Shown here piece by piece: positions 54,201 through 64,000 of a stretch of 64,000 nucleotides of DNA. Position 1 is the first letter of the stretch, and each line of letters starts with the position of its first letter. The notes beneath the pieces are model-generated. The model saw nothing but the letters and a program-made list of their open reading frames with translations. It had not been told where the DNA came from and ran no database searches. Source of the DNA: Ramazzottius varieornatus (lineage: Eukaryota; Animalia; Tardigrada). The stretch is taken from NCBI GenBank assembly GCA_001949185.1, contig BDGG01000008.1, positions 1,426,001 through 1,490,000 of the forward strand. Reading direction: 5' to 3'. The translations under genes were made by a program, and so were the position numbers.

Positions 54201-56288
54201 CCGTAGTCTTTGTGGTGAGCAAACGAATTTTTCTGACATCCAGATTATTCTTTGTACGCTTGAAAGGAACATTGGGAAAGCCAGATCCCTTTTAAGGTGG
54301 ATATCCGTTTTTTCCCCGCGAGTTTCTTAGCTACATATATGAATGCTTTGTTATATGCAGTATCGGCTGTGACAAGTAAGTTAGCATGTTGCGCTGATTG
54401 TCGATCGCACTACGGCTGGAATATCGGATAGAGTCACAGGATACTCTAGCCATGACCGACAGGTACCTAGCTTTACGTACACGGAAGTATATTCCACAGG
54501 TATCGAGGGACTTACATGCAGGGACAGATCGGTGCCATTCCTTGCCGTCCAAACAGCTCAGCGTCATTTCTGCGAGTGGCTCGTCAAAAGCGCGGAAGAC
54601 TGTGCCCTCTTGACATGTTAGTACAGCCGAGGTATAGTTATGCGATGAAAGATGGACCAGTTCTGGCAGTTGAGGACGACTGCATCCGACAGCTACAGGG
54701 CAGATAACAAACAGGATCAAGTGCTTTATAATGTGGCCATCGAGTTTAAAAGTGACAAGATCAACAGGTTTGACTTCCGTCTTGCATGAATATATACCTC
54801 GATAGAATATCCATAAGCCCTTGCTGGACCAGCCATGGGAGGTACTAATGAGGGCGATACGGGCTGTGTTGGAAGCCACTTGCAGGTTGAAGGGATACGA
54901 ATGGCAGGTTTTGATGACTTGGCGGTCCTCTTCGTAGATGACCACATAGTCAAGGCAAGTGCTATCTTTGGCGCTTTTTGGTCGCAGAGAGAGATCATTG
55001 AGCATTATCACAATATTCTTTCCGGCTACAGAGAAAATATTGTTAGCGCGGGCTCGCTGCTGTAAGGCTGCAAATGGGCGTTGGCCGATGGCAACTTACG
55101 TTCAGCGGATATCCTCCAGCTGCAGTCGGCTGGCCCAGGATAGTATTCGGGGTAGCCGGGACTGAGAATGTGACCTTCCGGAGATGTCAAATTACGGTTA
55201 CAAACTGAGATGACTTGGGTACCTGAGAACAAGACTCACGTTCTCAAAGAGAACACATCGTTCGTACTTAGCAGTCCGCAGCAGGATGTCCGCGGCGCCA
55301 CCTTCCGGCGATGCCACGGACTGATTACTGATAAAGAAGCGTCAAACATTCAAACGGGTACACGCACGACGGGAAATTATGGGACCAGTAAAATTTCTGG
55401 GACCAAGCGGAAAAGACGGCAAAACTAAAATTCAAATGTAGAAAAGTGTCCAAAAGTGTATTGCTGTGAATCAGTCTCGTACGTACGTGCTTCCGTGCCG
55501 CCGTAGCGAAAAGCCTGATTCCATAATTTCCCTTCGTGCGTGTACTCAAGAGTCATTCTCTTAGGACGTTAAAAAATCAGGAATAACCAGAGACCATGGA
55601 CTCTCTTGAATACGGAAGATTTTCGTGATTGTGAACACTTCCATTTTTGTGAACAGCTTTGTGCCGAATTTCTACGTTTTCCCTGCTTCCTGCAGTCTGA
55701 ACAGACACGTCGGCTAACAAGATTAGTTTACAGACCTTGTAGGTTCCATGCACGGAAACCGATATCTTTTACACGAAAGATAGTGCTCAATAAAAAGAAA
55801 AGGAAATTTACCTTTACCTGGAATGCAGGCATATTTAACATTGAGCGCTTCGTTGCCATCACAGGGAGTTCGGAATATAGCTTCTTCGATTTCCACGAGA
55901 CATACTTCTCGCCCGGAGCATCTGGGAAAAAAGGTATCTTATCGTATGCGTCCCTTTTTCCTGTAATTTGACAAATTCTCTAAAAAGCAAAACTTACAAA
56001 TCTTTGATAACGGATGTCATGTCGTGATCACATCGAATATACGAAGGCAATCTTGATAGGGCAGCACTGGGCGGTAGAGTGGTGGAACCACTGTAGGTGG
56101 CGTTCAGTGGTTCGTGATGAATTTGCCAGTGATCGACAGGCGTTAAACGCTCCGAACAGTCATACCCACTTGAATTCCCATAATTTGCCGCAAATATCAT
56201 TATGCGATGGCCGGTTGGACAGCGCACGGTTAGTTGGCCGTCAGTTTTCCGGCAAGCTCGAACCTCTTTCCAAGGAATCTGCGCTTCT
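51276..56288 (-). CDS. Type I membrane protein with SUEL (Gal/rhamnose-lectin-like), CUB, Sushi and TM domains; start/signal exon not located (lies above 56288)
   Basis: SUEL RAC…LTVRCP…IFAANYG…CSGREVC…PC…LNVKYAC; CUB CNRNLTSPEGHILSPGYPEYYPGPADCSWRI…CLDYVVI; Sushi GCSRPQLP…LTCQEG…LSCLDGKEW…PAC; TM exon ~52352-52434 IVIPSAVVGALLLILIAALGIVL; tail ends at TGA 51276. Confidence 0.75.
51614..51740. mobile_element. Family A copy 10, in the last intron of the SUEL-CUB gene
   Basis: GGGAGCTGGGTAA…GAAGTGGCGCAC(51653)-N25-GTGCGCCACTTA(51701)…TTGCCCAGCTG. Confidence 0.8.
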
Positions 56289-57216
56289 GTAAAAAGAAAC
56301 CATAAAGTGAAAAAGCGTCCACTACCCCCATAGTCATTTTACTACAAAAGCTCGCCTATATCTTCCCGAAAAAGCTACGTTAACGTTTGCCCTCATTTAT
56401 TTTAGAATCGGAATTTCTTACAAGAACCGCGACATGTTTCGTTTGATAAGCATTGTCGGTTTGACGCTTGAACGCCGAAAGGAAACACCCTTTTTCTAAT
56501 GTTATTTTGAAATTACGGTATTACGAATTTGAATACAGTATTACGTGTTATCATTATTTTGAATAGACGCTGACATGTACCACCGACCTAGAGTATCGCT
56601 AAGCCTTGTTGGTGATGTCGGGATCTCTCTGCCCAACGATTAGCTTCAAGCGCAGCCAGCCATAACTAAGGACGCTTTTCAAGAGGGAAAATCAAAGTGG
56701 ATCTTATCATTAAATTTCAAGCATGCAAATAAGCCATAGGCTTGATAATCTCCGCAGGAGGTATTTTGCCGACATTGGATGACCAATGGTGGTGTTGGCC
56801 CATTAAACACCCCGAGAGAACAACACGTTCCCAGCATGCGTTCCACTAACTATTCTTTGGATTCAAGTACAGTATCAAGATCATAAGAGTCCAACGCTTG
56901 CTGACCAGTCAACGTCGCGCGACACAATTGGCCATCATTATGTCGCATTGTGTCATGGCGAATACAGTGGAGCAGCGGGATGAAAGATACGGCTCTACGA
57001 ACAAATAAATCGTGCGGCCAATCTTCCCTTCCCGCATCCGGCTCTTCCTTGAGGCACGTGTCGCGCCATCACGCGACTATTTGTTCAAGCATGGAACAAC
57101 GCACCATACGTTCCAAGCTAGTTATTATGCTCCCGATTCTTCGTCGACCCACAGGCCGAACGATCCACCCTACAGAGTGATTCAATTGGTTTTCCTCCAG
57201 CCACAGAAAAGACCAG

Positions 57217-57342
57217 ATGGAACTGGGAACACAAAACGTGCAAAACTGTCTTGTCAAGTGGCGCACGCTTCCATTGCTGTTGGCTGGATGGGTGCGTCAC
57301 TCTCGATAACGATCTTATGTGATTTCTTTTCCCAGCTCTTAA
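57217..57342. mobile_element. Family A copy 11
   Basis: ATGGAACTGGGAA…CAAGTGGCGCAC(57255)-N25-GTGCGTCACTCT(57303)…TTCCCAGCTC. Confidence 0.8.
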
Positions 57343-60300
57343 ATTAAATTTAGTGTATTCCAACTCGTATGCTAGTCACTCGTCCGGAAAATTTCTAGTC
57401 TGTGTTTTAAGCTAATTCATCGAGTCAGAGCTCTATCTCCTGTTTCTGAACAGAATATAACATGTCGGTCACACGCAAACAAATTGAACCGAAACAGGAC
57501 GAGTCAGTCGGTCATTTTTGCATAATAATGGTGGCCGAGTTTATCATGCGTTTATCGATTATGATGAGTATTGTGGAGGAGGGTTAAGGTAAGCAGTTAC
57601 AAATGTATCGGTATATAAAATCGCCGCATAATTGATTAGAGGAGGCATTCGGGCGCAAACACTTTGCGTCTGTGAAAATGGCGGAATATATCGGTTAGTG
57701 GAACCACTTTGAGAAACACATGTCTGCAAACAAGACGGGTTCACCCAGTGCCTGTGTCTGAAGACCCGGCGTCCAGCAAGATGTGTTTGCCTAAGACAAC
57801 ATTACCATTACTGATGGTTCACTGAACCTACATACACCCCGCAAAGTAGCCCAACATTCAATTAGCACCATTTACGGGCGTTTATCCCGCCACTATCATT
57901 TGCATGGCTTTACGCCGCGCTATCTTTCTCCTTTATGTCCAGCGCGCGGTGTTCCACTTCATTCTTTTCGACTGACGCATCGATCGGTTAGCGAAACACT
58001 TCGCGTACCATCGCAATAAAGCATTTGATTTTCATCGGGATCTTGTTCCTCGTTGGACTTCTACAACACAAAGTTCTCATAGAAAATGGCGAAAGAAAGC
58101 TCTGTTAACGTTGCCGTGCAAAAACGTCTTTATGTACGGTGCTATGATACAGTAGTGCCGATAGGTTTATGGCCGTCTAAGGTGGGAGTTTGATGGCCTT
58201 TTTTATGGAACCATCCTTCACGGTTCAGTGGGCGCTTAGTGAGCGATAAGCCGCGTTGACTTTGTCAGGTTGCCAAATTGGTTTCCGGTAGATTAAGTCA
58301 AGATGTCTACTACGCGTAATCCATGACGCTCTATCATCGTGCGATGAAAAGGTTGGCAGATTGACCCACTTTCGCCGCCCTGTTACGTACAATTTCAACC
58401 ATAAAATTCAAATTTGACTATATAGCGCTACCTGATATAAAATCCGCTCAGCGTGCAAGTGCTTCAATAAAACGGCGCACTTTTTGCTACTGTTATACTA
58501 GGCTGCGACGGGGAGCGTACTGTTGGTGGGGAGTTCATCGTGTCAGTGGATCGTCTTCAATGAATAGGATGGAGAGTGTATATCGGAAGGGTATTAGCCG
58601 GATAAGGGTATTTCAGGGAGCTTTGAGGCATCGATTGAATACATAGAATACCCCAGTGCTGTCAAACCCGCGGTTTGGGAATTCAGTCCTGTCTTAATGG
58701 TTGTCCGCAAGGCGACAATCGATATCAAAAACTGGCTAAAATACTTTTCAAAGGACATAAATTGACGCCCGTCCTCATCTCAAGTTTATATCATGGCCTA
58801 TCGCACTGCTCTGGCATTACATCGACAATTACTTCCTTCGTCCACCACCTAAAACTTTCGCAGAAAAATGCAGGAAGAAACCGGCATCACTTTGCTTACG
58901 TTAAACGATGGGATTACAGAGACGCGCGTCAGCATAGGCGAAGAGTTCAGGACTAATATCTTGCTTATTTGGAGGTCCTGCACGGGGTGTTACAAACACA
59001 CAGTTGCATCAAACAAAAGAACATATTGGAAAGGAAGAAACTTGCAGTCCGCAGTTCTGCACAGTAATTCCCAGCAGTTAGAAGACTGAAGGGAAGACTG
59101 ATGGGGTGCGGTGTTGCAGTTGATGGTTCTATAGGCCTTCCGTGCCGTTTGACTTGCTTGAAGGCTGTGGATTGCCATCAATGATTAACGGGGTAAACCC
59201 CTTCATCGACCACTTTTTCCCCCTCTTGTAAAGTTCAAGTGACGGTTTTTTACCACTGTACATCAGTCACTTCACAATGGCATTTTGTGGCATTTTTGCT
59301 AGCTACTGCAATTCATTCATAGCCTCTTGGGTTCCCTCTTCCATTGTATCCTCCAAACGTTACTCAATGTTTCCAACAAGCTAAAGGTCCCACGTTCGTT
59401 CGCCGGGAAGCTTCAACAGCTTAATGCATCTTTGTTTCATCTTCGTCCCAGGAACAAAGGGGCCGAAGTGCAGTCCCACAATTTGCATGCCCAAGATGGG
59501 TGTAAAGTGCCTGTCGGCGACCTGTCAATCTCTTCAGTATGTCATTTTGTGAACAAGCCTATAAATTAGCTTGCTGATAGCTAATAGAGACGTGTACACT
59601 GCAAGCATTGACAGATTGAGAGCTCTTTCTTGATTCGACGTTCTCGTGAATGTTTGCACGGGGTTCGTTTTTAAAGAGGCTGTATTGCACTTCAGATAGT
59701 CAACAAAGATCGAAGAGAATCAACGGAAAAACATAAGCTGACTTGGTGGGTCTCTGTCTGAGAGGAAAGACTCTTTGGTCCTTTCATAACAATGCAATGC
59801 ACGCAGTTGGCGGCTAATTCGGTATATAAAGGGGCGCTCAAGTGTTTGTTTTCCTCAACAACAGCTCAAGACGACGCTCTTAAAGCGATATGGATTTTCA
59901 TGGCAATCCAATATCATCAACGAAAAGCATGAATACTATTTTTGAGACGGCTCAGGCTGAACGGCCAGCTTAATGATGAAAAGCATCAATCCAGCATGTA
60001 TAAAAAAGCGGATAATGACCTGTCTTTGAATCAACAGCGAACATGAAAGAATATTTCCGAGTGCCGCTAAAAATACAGCGAGAAGATTCGATCCAATTCA
60101 ACCCTTCGATGAATGCACAAACTCAACCGAAAAATCGACGGCTTAGCAAAATTTCTTCCTGGTTTACTATAACTTCTCCCCAAACCTGATTATTTTGTGA
60201 CGCAATACGGGGGGTTTCGCATTTCGGTAGAGCGGAAGACGCGTGAGTATTTAGGGTTGACTTACCAATAATTCGGCTGAGAAGTAAAATGAGAAAGATC

Positions 60301-62578
60301 AACGGACAAATGGTATCACAGTGTTTGGTGCGCAGGAATACATTCCAAATCAATTTCCGAAGAATCATTTCATTTCCAGTTGCAAAGCAAGCGTTGATGC
60401 CGTGCGGAAATGGAGGGAGCCGCAACGGGAATAAACGCACAGTGGTGACAAGGTCTGTGCATATTCCGCCTGCGGTGGCACACAGCGTAGTCCCCAGCCG
60501 AGTTTTTTCAGCAAATATCCGCCTCGAGTTTCTCTGTTGTTTTCTCAACACTAACAAGATACCATTCAGAGCGAAGAGAACGATTAGTGGCAAGCACCCA
60601 CAACCCGCCGTGTCGTCGACGGCGGGGAGTCTTTTCAATCAGTGAGGGAAGAAAGTCAAGTCAATGTAGTCCTGCTATGAGAGAAAACAGTGGAAACAAT
60701 AGCGGAGAGTGAGACGCGCTGTGGTGGGATAATCTTGGCGAATGTGGATCAACGATACTGGAGGACCATTACGCATATACTAGAGGCTTCCGTGTTACTG
60801 AAGCAAGTGTAGTTAGAGATTTGGATAATGCACTGTCTGCCACTCAATTCACCGTTGATGGATGCGCCGCGCCGATGAGACTTGCGAGCGTACAAGAGCA
60901 AGTGGCGGAAGACCAATCTATTGGCAGATAATGCAGCGAAATCGGACAGGGCCTCGCAAATATGTCCCTCGACTGGGAACGCGGGTATACACAAACTTCG
61001 GCCTTAAGGTTACAATATTTGCCCGCAACGACTGTCAACATCCAGGGTCGAAATGAAGAAATATCCCCTTCTTGATGAAACGTATCGCTTGATCATACGG
61101 AAATAAATTTATGGAATGCAACATCCGCCTATCCAATCGTACAGAAAAATCAAAGTGAATCTGTTCGTACAGCAGACCGTAGAGCAGGCTCAGGTCGTCC
61201 CGATAGCGGCCTCCGTGGGTTATGAGAGGTAGGTGCTGCGCACACCCTGACTGCGGGAACGCCGCCAGTTTTGACTTGTACTTTGGATAACCAAGCGACC
61301 AAGCGGCCAAGCGAATGAATATGTATTTTCTTGTACTAGGTTGAGACCAGAGTAGGAGATGCTCATACGTCGTAAGCCTAGGCAGGAATCGTATTCCGGG
61401 GGAACTGACGCTTTCGAAAACAAGTTTGCTCGGCAATGACATTGCACGTCAGTATGATGGATTTATGGAAAAAGTCATTGTATCACAGAAGTCAGTTGCG
61501 TGTTTGGATGACGCCCATTTATCGAACAAGGACGAACATTATGCACGTAGTTTAAATACTCACATGTGGACTATACGGAGTGAATGTGTATCGGAAATCC
61601 GGACTTGCACCAAAGAGCGAAAGTGTTTATGGTCAGAAGCAAAAATTAGCACGGCTTGCCGGAAATTAGCTTTGCAACGGTAATAGATGTTTGTGTGTTT
61701 GAGCCACTGTGGCGGCTAGAATTTCGATACTTTGATTTGCGGTGTTGGACAGATTATACAGACGTCGTTCGGCAGAAGTCGCGACTGGTAAGAGCAATTA
61801 CTTTGAAAAACTGAGCTGTTTGAGACCACCGATTGCTCGCCAGGGACCCTCGCGCACGGCTTATTCTTTCGCGCTTGATGAAACTGCTTTGATAAATCAC
61901 TGTGCCGCCGAGAAAAAAACAAGTGATTTTCTTGAATCGAACATTTAACAGGCAAAAAACTGCCAGACGATATTGATTTCCGGCGACCGAAGTACGGTTT
62001 TCAGCAATCTTACACATTGGAGAGCAAATCACAACTAACGTATTTTGATTTATTCTCCCTGGCGGTACCAGGGTACTGTAAACGCTTCAAGGATAGTTAC
62101 AGACGTACTGTAGTTTTTACGATGACGAAGTACCATTGTTTTGGTGATGGCCTTACGGCATCATGTAGGTGGCCAGTCCAGAGGAATTGCCGTAATTGCT
62201 GCACGAAGATTTTCCTTCAAGCCACTGAGTGAGCCCATTGGTTGAAGCAGCGTTTCGAGAAGTTTCATTATAATTACTATGGTGTGTTCTTATCCGTGAC
62301 ATTTTTAATGATTGACACACCTGAAGGTTTTCTGATTTCACGGACCTGTGATTGAAGGGGGAAGTGTCATAAAAAATTGATTAATTAAATTCCCCACCCC
62401 TTCTGAATGATCATTTTTGCGAAGTGTTAGCGGCCTGACGAGTTCTGCTAATGAGGCATAAGTGGCTGTGGTAGTCTAACCCGTTGTGTCTTATGATCAT
62501 GAGCCGCCAACGGGGACGTTTTTTGCTTATGTAAGGCAAAGTTAGCAGCAATAAAGCCTGACCGCGGGAAAAACATGG

Positions 62579-62586
62579 TATATAAA
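62579..62586 (+). promoter_or_regulatory. Candidate TATA box of the last gene
   Basis: TATATAAA ~200 nt upstream of ATG 62782. An acceptor-like CCATAG lies just before the ATG, suggesting a 5'UTR intron. Confidence 0.4.
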
Positions 62587-62781
62587 AAAGCGAAAGGCCC
62601 ACAGTTGGGTGCCATGCTCTGATTGATCCATCAAAGAGCCAGAGTCGACTGTACAGTGTGTTGCATGTACTGTCTTGCATCTCCAGCTAGACCCACTGTC
62701 GCCTTCCGTAGCGTGTCTGTTTTCTTGTATTGTTCCGTTAATTCATCCATCACACGTCTGAGTCCATAGGTTTCATCCATC

Positions 62782-63325
62782 ATGTTGCGGAGGCAGATGT
62801 TTTTACAGTGCCTTTTCTTCCCGCTTTTTACGTCGGGCTTCTTCTTGCCTTTATCGAATCACGATAGGTCGTCGATTTTGGGCGATACAGCTGCTGTGGT
62901 TGACATGAACTCCAACAATGATGAAAACCAGCCCATTGTCGGTTTTGATGCACTGGGGATGTCAACGAACCAATCCAGCTCCAGTTCCAGCTCCAGCTCT
63001 TTCTCCTTTTCGAGCAATAGTAGTAGCAGCAGCAGCCACAGTTCGTCATGGAGTTCCAGCAGTGAGGTCAAAAAGACAATCGGGGAAAAAAGGGAAAACT
63101 TCAGTATGGAAGCGCGTTCGAACAAGACGGACACAGTCAATGGGAAAACCATCACGAACAGTACCCATGGAGCCAAAATGATCTGGGTCTACACGCCGGA
63201 AAGCAACGGGACTCTGATCTCCGTGTTGGAAGACAACCTACCTCTGGAATATTGGGTCCCGATAAGAAACAAACTAAAGTATTGGCCCAATCGCACGATT
63301 TCCGTTGTGACCGACGATCGTTTCC
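62782..63325 (+). CDS. First coding exon of a putative secreted Ser-rich, N-glycosylated orphan protein; probably continues downstream
   Basis: Hydrophobic N-terminus MFLQCLFFPLFTSGFFLP, a poly-Ser tract and several N-x-S/T sequons. A donor-like C|GTATGT sits at 63326, after which composition becomes intron-like. Confidence 0.6.
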
Positions 63326-64000
63326 GTATGTTGCGCACAAACATAATTATTAGGTCTTTCGATATGACTTTGCGCTTTTTGGGGTACATTTTTGACACCG
63401 TTTTTTTAATTGCGCAAAGCAGCTTCTTATTTTGTATGATGTTCAATGGTAACAGCGAGCTCTCCAAAGTGTCTCACCACCGCAACCCAAGCGATTCAAC
63501 GAGAGGAGAAAATTGGAAAAATGAGGGAAGTAGCAGTGTCCACTGTCCAGTCTCTGTGTTGAACTGCGTAGGTTGGGCTACAAGCCAAAGGCAGTAATCT
63601 CTGGAAGAAACGAATGCTGATCTCGCAAAACAAGTTTTGTATAATACAGGGTGGGACTGGTACGTATAGCGCTTTTCTGTGTGCGCCAGTTCATTGGGGT
63701 GAAAACGTTTTGACTGTTTCTTCATTTGATTGATAGAAACAAGTAAGTATGGTTTCTTACGATATATCAAAATATCCTCCGTTACAGTTCGAGGTGTCAA
63801 AATTATCGCTTTCTCCAGAAATACAGGACAAAATTTTGTGTGTCATCAATTTGCAGTTGGCGGTGTAAATTTCCGCTTGGCTGTCTCCTCAGCCAGTGCT
63901 TTTTCAACTATTGGGTCTTTCAGTATGACTTTGCCGTTTCTTACACTCCCAACTTTAAAAACTTCTTTCTCTGAAACGGGCCGAGATGTCTCTACAGTTC

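Noticed and set aside
57721-57798. Possible pre-miRNA-like hairpin
   Set aside because: Pairing is interrupted by large asymmetric loops, so it is not a convincing Drosha substrate by eye.
59823-59973. TATATAAA followed by a 27-codon ORF
   Set aside because: Too short, with no conservation or compositional support.
60559-60638. Hydrophobic minus-strand segment (CLPLIVLFALN) as the signal-peptide exon of the SUEL-CUB gene
   Set aside because: Splice phase fits, but there is no in-frame ATG (a TGA immediately precedes the TTG), so it cannot be supported without cDNA.

Overview
Gene-dense eukaryotic (animal) DNA with many short (~60-120 nt) GT-AG introns. The compactness and gene content suggest a small invertebrate genome, possibly a tardigrade such as Ramazzottius; this is inference only. 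I can support about 15 intron-containing genes, in order: TFB1M(+), CC2D2A(-), a 104-aa His-rich orphan(+), a small orphan ORF(+), a receptor guanylyl cyclase(+), a bacterial-type DUF4442 hot-dog-fold gene carrying a spliceosomal intron(-), a SLC15/PepT transporter(+), CHP(-), Akt(-), NAXE(+), a RhoGAP(-), TMEM14(-), NIPP1/PPP1R8(+), a furrowed/CG9095-like Sushi-FTP-CTL-Sushi-mucin membrane protein(+), a SUEL-CUB-Sushi membrane protein(-) and a Ser-rich secreted orphan(+, incomplete). The most striking unannotated structure is a dispersed family of ~125-bp palindromic elements with at least 11 copies, all non-coding. Each has a conserved CAAGTGGCGCAC-N25-GTGCGCCACTTG core and copy-specific, mutually complementary outer arms. 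Also notable: two other inverted-repeat elements, a six-copy 24-bp motif array, a probable horizontally acquired gene, and a guanylyl cyclase lacking its first catalytic Asp. All exon boundaries were read by eye and no database searches were run.
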